Source: Rhodobacterales bacterium
Lineage (GTDB): Bacteria > Pseudomonadota > Alphaproteobacteria > Rhodobacterales > Rhodobacteraceae
NCBI GenBank assembly: GCA_013298675.1
Contig: JAAFIJ010000002.1
Span: 1 to 31,371 of the forward strand
Reading direction: 5' to 3'
DNA: 31,371 nucleotides
Position 1 is the first letter of the stretch; every line of letters begins with the position of its first letter. This document shows, one piece after another, positions 22,922 to 30,077 of this stretch. The notes below the pieces were generated by a model that ran no database searches, was not told the origin of the DNA, and saw nothing but the letters and a program-made list of their open reading frames with translations. Position numbers and translations under genes: made by a program.

Positions 22922-23236
22922 ATGTCAAACTGGGTAGATGCCTGCTCCACCGAAGATATCGAGGCCGAGGACCTGATCCGTTTCGATCACGGCGGCGCCA
23001 CTTACGCGATTTATCATGCCCCGGACGGAGCGTTTTTCTGCACTGCAGGGCGATGCACCCACGAAGACATTCACCTCGCCGATGGGCTGGTGATGGGTCA
23101 CCTGATCGAATGCCCCAAGCATAACGGTCAGTTTGATTACCGCACGGGGGAAGCAAAGCGCGCACCCGTCTGCATCAATCTGAAAACCTATCCGGTAAAG
23201 GTCGAAGGCGACCGCGTTCTTATTCAGGTGGCATAA
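22922..23236 (+). CDS. mocE: MocE family Rieske [2Fe-2S] ferredoxin
   Basis: CTHEDIHLADGLVMGHLIECPKH (CxH...CxxH); about 104 aa. Confidence 0.9.
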   Translation: MSNWVDACSTEDIEAEDLIRFDHGGATYAIYHAPDGAFFCTAGRCTHEDIHLADGLVMGHLIECPKHNGQFDYRTGEAKRAPVCINLKTYPVKVEGDRVLIQVA

Positions 23237-24027
23237 TGGCACGTCCAACCGTTTTTGATCTGTTGGCCAATCGTGGTCGCCACCAATATGCCATGCTGCG
23301 GGTGGAAACATTGGCTGAGGCAGAGGCCGCCTGGCTTGCCGGAGTGGAGTTGTTTTCGGTGCCGGCCGCGATGATCATGGACCGACGCTTTCGCGAAGTC
23401 GCCCCCAATGCTTTTGCTTTCCCGGGCGACAATTTTTATGAAATCGGTGGCACAGATGATTTCCTGCGATGGGCCTTTCCGTTGTTCAAGAATGGTGCCG
23501 ACGGTGTTTATTGTTCTGGGTCATTGCAAACCGTCCGCGCGCTGTCCGATCACGGCATTCCGGTGTGCGGCCATGTTGGACTGATCCCATCCAAGGCCAC
23601 GTGGACTGGCGGGTTCAAGGCTGTGGGCAAAACGCTCGATTCCGCCAAACGCGTCTGGGATCAATGCCAAGCCTTGCAAGAGGCCGGAGCGTTTGCAGTT
23701 GAGATTGAGGTGGTGCCACATTCGATCACTGCGGCGATTGCGGAAAAGACCGATCTTTTCCTGATCTCTATGGGTGCGGGACCGGCAGGTCATGCGCAGT
23801 ATTTGTTCAGCGATGATGTTTTGGGCCAGAATACTGGCAAAGTGCCACGCCACGCTAAGGTTTACGCGAACTTTGCTGCAGAACATGCGCGCCTGCAGCA
23901 ACTGCGCATCGCTGCAATGTCGGCCTTTGCGCAGGACGTGCATTCGGGTCAGTATCCGGCACCCCAGTACCTTGTCGATAGCGAAGCAGAGGTCGTCGCG
24001 GCATTTCGCGACTGGTTAAACGGCTGA
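23236..24027 (+). CDS. Divergent 3-methyl-2-oxobutanoate hydroxymethyltransferase (PanB)-like protein
   Basis: GIPVCGHVGLIP, GGFKAVGK, AGAFAVEIEVVP, ISMGAG, DDVLG, AF..DV.SGQYP match PanB. The N-terminal GDS and KxEGG motifs are missing. TAATG coupling to mocE. Confidence 0.85.
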   Translation: MARPTVFDLLANRGRHQYAMLRVETLAEAEAAWLAGVELFSVPAAMIMDRRFREVAPNAFAFPGDNFYEIGGTDDFLRWAFPLFKNGADGVYCSGSLQTVRALSDHGIPVCGHVGLIPSKATWTGGFKAVGKTLDSAKRVWDQCQALQEAGAFAVEIEVVPHSITAAIAEKTDLFLISMGAGPAGHAQYLFSDDVLGQNTGKVPRHAKVYANFAAEHARLQQLRIAAMSAFAQDVHSGQYPAPQYLVDSEAEVVAAFRDWLNG

Positions 24028-24033
24028 CAAACG

Positions 24034-24284
24034 CGTTTAGCTAGCGGCGCCACTAACGTAAGTTATTCTGCCCCGGAAAGTGCGTTTTCCTATATCGCAG
24101 GGTGCAGCACGCTCGAAGCCTTTCATCCTGCCGACGGGCTGGTGATGGTCACCTGATCTAATGCCCCAAGCATACCCGCCGTTTCGACGATCGCACAGGT
24201 GAGGCAAAGCGCGCACCGGTCTCAAAGAACCCAACAGCCTTTCCCGCCAAGGCTGAAAGCGGACCGGTCATTCTTTGGCTATGA
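24034..24284 (+). pseudogene. Degenerate second copy of mocE (5'-truncated)
   Basis: Aligns by eye to 22979-23236 (e.g. gccgacgggctggtgatgg-tcacctgatctaatgccccaagcat vs gccgatgggctggtgatgggtcacctgatcgaatgccccaagcat). Has a 1-nt deletion, a GAA>TAA stop, and altered Rieske ligands. Confidence 0.85.
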
Positions 24285-24383
24285 CTTAGATCCAACGGCC
24301 AATATCCATAGAAAGCTAAACAGCCAAGCAAGGAACTCACCCTCATTGGCGCAATCTAGTTTGCGCGCGTTGCACCCCCTATT

Positions 24384-25280
24384 TTAACCTGCTGCCAAAT
24401 GCTTGGTTAGGAAAGCGGCAGTGGGAAGCAAAACCGCATCCGCATCAAAATCGCCACCGCCATGACCAGCACCGGGAACCAACGCAAAATCAACTTCGAC
24501 GCTGCTATCTTCTGCGGCCCATGCGTCTGCAAGACGTTCGCTTTGAGTAGGAGCAATCAACGGATCATCGGCGCCATGGCGGATCATCAACGGTGGCAGG
24601 TGAAGGCCGGGCAGGGTAGCCAACCGGCCAATTGGGCCAGCAGCATTCGCCTTTTCGCGATTTTCGCCGACTGGATAACCCAGCAACGCCGATTCTGGGC
24701 TGGTTGCCACGTCCGCAGCGCCCATTGCGGCGGTTTTCCCCAAGGCGGTCATATCGCTGTCCATGCTGCCAAATTCCATTGGGCCAAAGAAATCGATCAC
24801 GGCTTGTGGTGGCTGCCCAGCCGCGACCAATGACAGCGCAGCGCTGACTGCGAGGAACCCTCCAGCGGATTGGCCCCAAAGCGCCATACGAGACGGGTCG
24901 ATGCCGTAGTCGCCACCATTTTTCCTAAGGAACCCTACAGCGGCAAGGCAGTCGTCCAGCTGTGCAGGCCAGATGTCTGTGTCGGTCAGACGGTAGTTGA
25001 TCCGTACAATTGCCACACCGGCCACGAGGATCTGTTCACTGGCCGCCGACATCGTCTTGCTGCCCATCTTGAAGGCCCCACCGTGAATATCAACGACAAA
25101 GGGGTGCGGGCCGGGACCAGCGGGAAGGTAGACGTCGAGCTTGTGCCGCTCACCCGTTCCATAAGCGATGTCAGAATGATCAGGGCTACGCATGTTATAC
25201 CTTTGCCAAAGATTGTACCCGCCTGCTGTTGCGCCTGCCGCGATCAACGCCAGAGTTGCGCGCCTTGTCAAATTTGTCAT
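24384..25280 (-). CDS. Alpha/beta hydrolase (HSL/BD-FAE-like esterase) with twin-arginine-type N-terminus
   Basis: LTRRATLALIAAG; IHGGAF, GQSAGG, HGADD, GAGHG catalytic motifs. Confidence 0.88.
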   Translation of the reverse strand: MTNLTRRATLALIAAGATAGGYNLWQRYNMRSPDHSDIAYGTGERHKLDVYLPAGPGPHPFVVDIHGGAFKMGSKTMSAASEQILVAGVAIVRINYRLTDTDIWPAQLDDCLAAVGFLRKNGGDYGIDPSRMALWGQSAGGFLAVSAALSLVAAGQPPQAVIDFFGPMEFGSMDSDMTALGKTAAMGAADVATSPESALLGYPVGENREKANAAGPIGRLATLPGLHLPPLMIRHGADDPLIAPTQSERLADAWAAEDSSVEVDFALVPGAGHGGGDFDADAVLLPTAAFLTKHLAAG

Positions 25281-25367
25281 ATTAGCCAGTCCCAATTGCT
25301 CTCATCCATCCGATCGAACGCCAGTAGTCCAAAGTTCCGTCGCAAAATAACACAAATTTCTGAGGTA

Positions 25368-25598
25368 CAAATACTCTGTCAGTGCAGCGCCTGCTTGGGC
25401 CAGGCAGCAAAGGGCTGCGCCAAATGCCAAGGTATATGCAGACTTCGTGGCCGAACATGCGCGCCTGCAGGAACGCCGCATCGCAGCAATATCGGCCTTT
25501 GCGCAGGCGTGCATTCGGATCGGTATCCGGCACCCCAGTACCTCATCGATAGCGAAGCAGAGGTCGTCGCGGCATTTCGCGACTGGTTAAACGGTTAA
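25368..25598 (+). pseudogene. Degenerate copy of the 3' third of the PanB-like gene
   Basis: Aligns to 23797-24027 with indels (gcgcagg-cgtgcattc vs gcgcaggacgtgcattc). Ends with the same ...DSEAEVVAAFRDWLNG*. Confidence 0.9.
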
Positions 25599-26203
25599 CC
25601 CTGCGGTCTGGCGCCTGGACCAAGTTGCTTCACCATCGTGGTGGCCGCAGCAAAGCCAAACACAAAGCGCAACCACCCAAGGCGTTCGGTGTGCGTCACC
25701 TCAAAACCCAAAGCCTTATAAAGGGCCTTGGCGCGCCAATTGGTGTCGATCACATCCAACCGCACTGTGTGGTAGCCCCTTGCGGACGCCTCTATACAAG
25801 CGGCGGCGACAAGTGCCGTGCCAATCCCTTGGCTGCGTGCAGAGCGGGTGACGCAAATCCCGTCCAGCAAGAACCGCTCATTATCGACATCACGTGACAA
25901 AAGACCTAACAACGCCCCTCGCCAAAAACCGCCAAAGCGGCCATAGACTGCGCGCAAATCCGTGCTATCGCCAGCAGCAAAGCCGCCGAGCGGTGATTTG
26001 AACCCTAGAATGCCCAACAACTCTCCTTGCGGTGCGGACGCGGTGATGACGTGATCTGCACGCACGACCCGATCGAGAAATCGCAGTGCGCGTGCGTCTG
26101 GTCCCATAACCAGCCCCAGTTTTCCGCCAAACACTTCCCAATACAAACAGATTGCAGCGTCGCGGTGTTGTGGCGCCAAACCCATGGCAATTCTGACCGT
26201 CAT
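25595..26203 (-). CDS. GNAT family N-acetyltransferase
   Basis: LDGICVTRSARSQGIGTALV (motif A), LDVIDTNWRAKALYKALGF (motif B). ATGA overlap with the upstream gene supports a start at 26203. Confidence 0.9.
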   Translation of the reverse strand: MTVRIAMGLAPQHRDAAICLYWEVFGGKLGLVMGPDARALRFLDRVVRADHVITASAPQGELLGILGFKSPLGGFAAGDSTDLRAVYGRFGGFWRGALLGLLSRDVDNERFLLDGICVTRSARSQGIGTALVAAACIEASARGYHTVRLDVIDTNWRAKALYKALGFEVTHTERLGWLRFVFGFAAATTMVKQLGPGARPQG

Positions 26204-27069
26204 CCTCGACATCCCTGCAGCGCCGCTTCGTGCAACAGTTGTGCCTGATCAGCCCCCAAGATCCACCCTTCATCTGGCGCAAGATCACCCGGGACGACAA
26301 ATAACTGCCCCAACCTGTCCTGACGCGAAAGCCAAAGCAGCGCCTCTGACAGCAATTTGACTTGGGCTTGGTCCAACACCAACCCGGCTGACGCGGGCAA
26401 TTTACCCAACAAAGATGGGTAGACCTCGGCCAGCACAATCGGCGCAGGTTCGGTTGAAAACGGCCAGACGGCCACATCGTTGCGTTGGGTCAACCGATGG
26501 ATAAGCGGTAGTCCCATCAAACTTTGTGAACCGACCGCACCGGGATTATAGAGCATCCACGGTGATTTCGCGCCCGGCACACGGGCTTCAACCTGCCGCA
26601 TCTGCGCAAGACCAAGGTCTGCATAAGAGATGCCCGATTTTCGGTCAGGCAGACGGGGATCAGACCATCCGCGAGGATGACCCCAAAACGGCCCGGGGGC
26701 AAGAAACATCGCATTGATCTGCGCGGCCACCTCAAATCGGTTGTTCGCGTTGGCCTGACTGTCGCGAATATACCGCGACAACCATGCCCAAACCGCCTGT
26801 GCTGACCCTTGCCCGGTAAGGGTTGCGGCAAAACCTGATGGATACCCAAATGCAAAATCAAAACCGATCAGCAGCCTCTCTTGTGGCCTGCGCTCCGCGA
26901 TCAGGGTGTTCAAGTGCGCCTCAGCGGCATGGCGGGTGCGGTGATGGGTCTGTTCAGACGCCCCCCCCAAGGAAGCGACACCGACCCAGATTGAATTCGC
27001 CTTGTTCGTGGCGCTAGTGGGTGTTCCTGCTGCCGACCAATCGACGATGATCACCCGGTCAAACTGCAC
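26200..27069 (-). CDS. DUF429-like protein (predicted RNase H-like fold) in the mob operon
   Basis: IVDWSAA, LIGFDFAFGYP, RQVE, VGSQSLMG, LAEVYPS, EGWILG pattern. Confidence 0.7.
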   Translation of the reverse strand: MQFDRVIIVDWSAAGTPTSATNKANSIWVGVASLGGASEQTHHRTRHAAEAHLNTLIAERRPQERLLIGFDFAFGYPSGFAATLTGQGSAQAVWAWLSRYIRDSQANANNRFEVAAQINAMFLAPGPFWGHPRGWSDPRLPDRKSGISYADLGLAQMRQVEARVPGAKSPWMLYNPGAVGSQSLMGLPLIHRLTQRNDVAVWPFSTEPAPIVLAEVYPSLLGKLPASAGLVLDQAQVKLLSEALLWLSRQDRLGQLFVVPGDLAPDEGWILGADQAQLLHEAALQGCRG

Positions 27070-27562
27070 GTAAGTTCAACTCATTCAAGATAAAATCGGC
27101 AATGGCAGCCGTGTCATTCAGATCAAGGATTGGCACGCCAAGGGGCGCCACACCAGCTGCATCTGTCGCCACGGCGCGCACCAAGGGGTCGTGGGGCTGG
27201 ATCATTTCTTGCCCGGTTTCGCGCCGCCAGACTTCGATCTTTTGGTGTTTATCCCGCTTATACCCCTCGACCAGAATCAAATCGACAGGGGCCATTCGCG
27301 CCAATATCTGCGGCAACTCTGGTTCTGGTCCACGGTGTTCTCGCATCAGGGCAAATCGATGCGCCGAGGCCAAAACCACCTCTGATGCCCCCGCAACGCG
27401 GTGGCGATAGCTGTCTTTGCCAGGACGGTCGAGATCGACATCATGATGCACATGTTTGACGGTCGAAACACTGAAACCGCGTCCGGTGATCTGCGTGACC
27501 AATCGCTCCATCAGGCTGGTCTTGCCTGAATCTTTCCATCCAATGATGCCATAAATCTTCAT
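27059..27562 (-). CDS. mobB: Molybdopterin-guanine dinucleotide biosynthesis protein B
   Basis: GWKDSGKTSL P-loop, STVKHVHH, D.PGKDSYRHR.AGA, DLILVEGYK. Confidence 0.95.
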   Translation of the reverse strand: MKIYGIIGWKDSGKTSLMERLVTQITGRGFSVSTVKHVHHDVDLDRPGKDSYRHRVAGASEVVLASAHRFALMREHRGPEPELPQILARMAPVDLILVEGYKRDKHQKIEVWRRETGQEMIQPHDPLVRAVATDAAGVAPLGVPILDLNDTAAIADFILNELNLRAV

Positions 27563-28146
27563 CGCGCACCTCGGATCAAAGCTTCAGCGGCACAGAGGTC
27601 TTCGGGCGTGTTCAGATTGTCGAATGCGCCATCGTCTGGGAACGCCGCAGCAACAGCCCCAACTTGCGTCATAAAGTCCATCATCTTTGGCTTGACGCCT
27701 GATGCAAGGAATGCAGCCAAGGGGGCAAGCATACTGACAGGCCACAGCGCGAAGGTTGGCTGGGCTTTGCCCTTGGACTGGGCAAAAGCTATTTCGCCGT
27801 GGTCAGATGCAAGGCAAAGACGCGGCACCAGATCGGGCGGCAAGAAAGGGCCGTCCACGGCCACACTGACCACTGCATCGGCCCCGTGTTCCGCAGCCCA
27901 TGCGACCGCTGCCAATATTCCAGCCAATGGCCCGAGGGCTTCCTCATCTGGCAGCACCCTAAGACCAAACGCAGCAAAGCGCGTGGCATCGCCATTGGCC
28001 GAAATGGCCACGCGTTCCACTTGCGGTTCAAACCGGTCAAGCACATGCAAAATAAGGCTTCGGCCCGCAAGGGGAACAAACGCTTTGTCAACGCCGCCCA
28101 TGCGCCGTCCCTTGCCGCCTGCAAGCACAACCCCAAAAATTCGCAA
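27559..28146 (-). CDS. mobA: Molybdenum cofactor guanylyltransferase
   Basis: VLAGGKGRRMGGVDKA, GPLAGILA, VAVDGPFLP.DLV, FDNLNTPEDL. TTG start after GAGAGG. Confidence 0.95.
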   Translation of the reverse strand: MRIFGVVLAGGKGRRMGGVDKAFVPLAGRSLILHVLDRFEPQVERVAISANGDATRFAAFGLRVLPDEEALGPLAGILAAVAWAAEHGADAVVSVAVDGPFLPPDLVPRLCLASDHGEIAFAQSKGKAQPTFALWPVSMLAPLAAFLASGVKPKMMDFMTQVGAVAAAFPDDGAFDNLNTPEDLCAAEALIRGAR

Positions 28147-28250
28147 CGCGGGCCCTCTCTTTCACTGTACACTTGGTTTAAGCTGTCCAAACGATACGAA
28201 CAAGCCGCATGCGGCGCTGGTTTAAAGAGTGATGCGAAGAGGGGCAAAAG

Positions 28251-28571
28251 ATGGCGGACAGTTCAACAATCTTAGCAACGCTTGGCCTGATCGGCGGCGG
28301 AACCGTGTTGGCGCGGCCTGCGATCCTTGGGTCGATCGCCAGCCTGTTCATGCCCGTATGGCTGGTGTTGGCGATCCGCCATCTGGCCTTGCCCGCCGTC
28401 GTGGCCCCAACGGTTTTGCAACCTGTGATGACCGGCGGCGAGGTTGACCCCACACGGCTTGCAATGGCAGCAGGTGTTTTGCTGATCGGTTATCTGTGGC
28501 GCAAAATGGTATTTGCTTTTGTGACGGCGCTTGCGGTTTTGTACTTTGTCCCGCAGCTGTTTGCGACCTAA
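28251..28571 (+). CDS. AzlD domain membrane protein
   Basis: 106 aa, hydrophobic. G.GT...R...LG....MP.W, ALPAVVAP.VL.P..TGG..D..RL resembles the Rhodobacteraceae AzlD family. Confidence 0.65.
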   Translation: MADSSTILATLGLIGGGTVLARPAILGSIASLFMPVWLVLAIRHLALPAVVAPTVLQPVMTGGEVDPTRLAMAAGVLLIGYLWRKMVFAFVTALAVLYFVPQLFAT

Positions 28572-28574
28572 GGG

Positions 28575-29189
28575 TTATGGCGCGCCAGCGGCTTTGGCTT
28601 GGGTCAACAACACGCCGTGGTTCTTATCTGCGTCATCATCAGTAATCACGCGTGAGGTGACGCCCGGCAATTCACCAAAAGCATCAGACAGTTTGTTGGG
28701 GAACCACGTCAAACCAACACTTTCAAATCCGGGCACGCCAGCCAAAATTTTGGTAATCGAATTGGAACATTGCGCCTTGGGCACAGCGCCGTAGGCCTTT
28801 GCACGCTGCATCACCAGTTCGGCCACTTGCGGCGTGACAAGGATCTTTTGTTCGATCACGCGATAGGTTTCGCGCGCGTGATAGTCGATATAAAAATTGA
28901 CCATTTTATCGGTCATGCCAAAATGCACATCATTGCGCTCGGCAAGGCGGGGCAAGCCCCACGAACCGGCTGGGTCAAACATCACCCGTTCAGAGGCGTT
29001 GATCAACAGGCCCGAATGCGCGCCCGAATCGTTGCGATTGGCGACAACCGTGAAAAGCGTGATAGAGGTTGGTTCCTGTGACACGAAATGGGCCGCAGCA
29101 ACGGCCTCATCAGGGGCCCAAACCGGTTCCGCCGTGCTGCACGCGCCAAGCGCAAGAAGTGCAACCAGAGCCATAGATTTAAGGTTCAT
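28575..29189 (-). CDS. Conserved hypothetical lipoprotein
   Basis: Lipobox LLALGAC after MNLKSM; SGAHSGLLIN, RVMFDPAGSW conserved-looking core. Confidence 0.75.
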   Translation of the reverse strand: MNLKSMALVALLALGACSTAEPVWAPDEAVAAAHFVSQEPTSITLFTVVANRNDSGAHSGLLINASERVMFDPAGSWGLPRLAERNDVHFGMTDKMVNFYIDYHARETYRVIEQKILVTPQVAELVMQRAKAYGAVPKAQCSNSITKILAGVPGFESVGLTWFPNKLSDAFGELPGVTSRVITDDDADKNHGVLLTQAKAAGAP

Positions 29190-29230
29190 TTTAGGCTCCG
29201 GGTGAAAAAGTCAGGGGGGAAGCGATGTGA

Positions 29231-29380
29231 TCAGGCGCCGACAAGGGCCAGGAAAATCAGCACGAGGATGGAAATCACCGCGCCCCATGTGGCAACTTTG
29301 ATAAATCCAGCAAAGGTTTTTTCGTGGCCGCGCACGTCCATTGTTCCATGCACATGCTCATTGTCGTGATGTCCGGCCAT
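29231..29380 (-). CDS. aa3-type cytochrome c oxidase subunit IV (49 aa, below the ORF-track cutoff)
   Basis: Manual translation [49 protein letters not shown]. HGxMD...HEKTFAGF plus one TM helix is the COX4_pro_2 signature; AAGGA RBS. Confidence 0.92.
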   Translation of the reverse strand: MAGHHDNEHVHGTMDVRGHEKTFAGFIKVATWGAVISILVLIFLALVGA

Positions 29381-29552
29381 TTTTGAATTCCTTGCGCTGT
29401 TGTTGCCTTGCCATTACCCCATTCCGCTTGCGCTGTCACGGGGGCGAAGTGTTTCGTTTCAGGTGCGATTTGCCGCAGTTTTTTGGGTTGGGTGCGGATG
29501 GGTTGCGAAACATTGGCCGAAACGGAGCCATCTGCGCGAATCAATGCAGTCG

Positions 29553-30032
29553 TCATGCAGAGCCGTCACCCGCCTCGCCACCCAACCAGCCCGCTTGCAA
29601 CCGAAACCCTATGCGACGCGCGGGTTCTTCAGAAACGGCCTTTGGCACGGCGCGAAGCAACACCGACAACTGCGTCAAGTGCTGGATAAGTTGGGTTTTC
29701 ATCCCCTGCTCATCGCGACCGTAAAAGGTCAAGAGATCGGGTTCATAGAACCCCAAACCTTCAATCCGAATGACACCAGCATCCGACGCCGCAAAGCCCA
29801 GAGCCACCTCTTCACCAGAATTCAGCTGGGTTTCAAAGTTGCGAATGTACTGCACGATCCGCTCATGCGCCCATTCTGCCGGCCCTTTTTGCAACGGAAC
29901 AGCTTCGGTCGGCGCTGGTGGCAAGGTCCCCAAAAGCGCCTCAGCATCGGTAGCCGCGCCCGGCAATGGCGGCATTGCTGCCGCCTTATGTGCAGCTGCG
30001 ATCAATTCAGCGATGGGTTCTGGCGTCGTCAT
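29553..30032 (-). CDS. DUF6173 family protein
   Basis: AEWAHERIVQYIRNFE..L....EV..GF, RIEGLGFYEPDLLTFYG, TQLIQHLTQLSVLLRA, RRIGF. Confidence 0.8.
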   Translation of the reverse strand: MTTPEPIAELIAAAHKAAAMPPLPGAATDAEALLGTLPPAPTEAVPLQKGPAEWAHERIVQYIRNFETQLNSGEEVALGFAASDAGVIRIEGLGFYEPDLLTFYGRDEQGMKTQLIQHLTQLSVLLRAVPKAVSEEPARRIGFRLQAGWLGGEAGDGSA

Positions 30033-30077
30033 GCAGTCTCCTTTCGGGCCGGTTCGATACCCTCGGTCCGGTCGCCT

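Larger units (their letters stand above)
23952..25594 (+). repeat. 72-bp direct repeat pair (23952-24023 and 25523-25594)
   Basis: 70/72 identical, including a perfect 49-bp block tcgatagcgaagcagaggtcgtcgcggcatttcgcgactggttaaacgg at 23975-24023 and 25546-25594. Confidence 0.95.

Noticed and set aside
24281-24350. Possible remnant of the second panB-like 5' end (CCAACG..., AAG GAA CTC ACC CTC ATT = KELTLI)
   Set aside because: Similarity is too weak to support by eye; it needs a translated alignment against homologs.
23952-25594. Direct repeats read as att sites or target-site duplication of a mobile element
   Set aside because: No integrase, transposase or terminal inverted repeats are present. 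Homology extends, with decay, over 231 nt of coding sequence, which fits gene duplication or recombination better.
24870-25598. 242-aa plus-strand ORF ending in DSEAEVVAAFRDWLNG
   Set aside because: A chimera of the esterase antisense strand and the last in-frame codons of the panB-like pseudogene, not a real gene.
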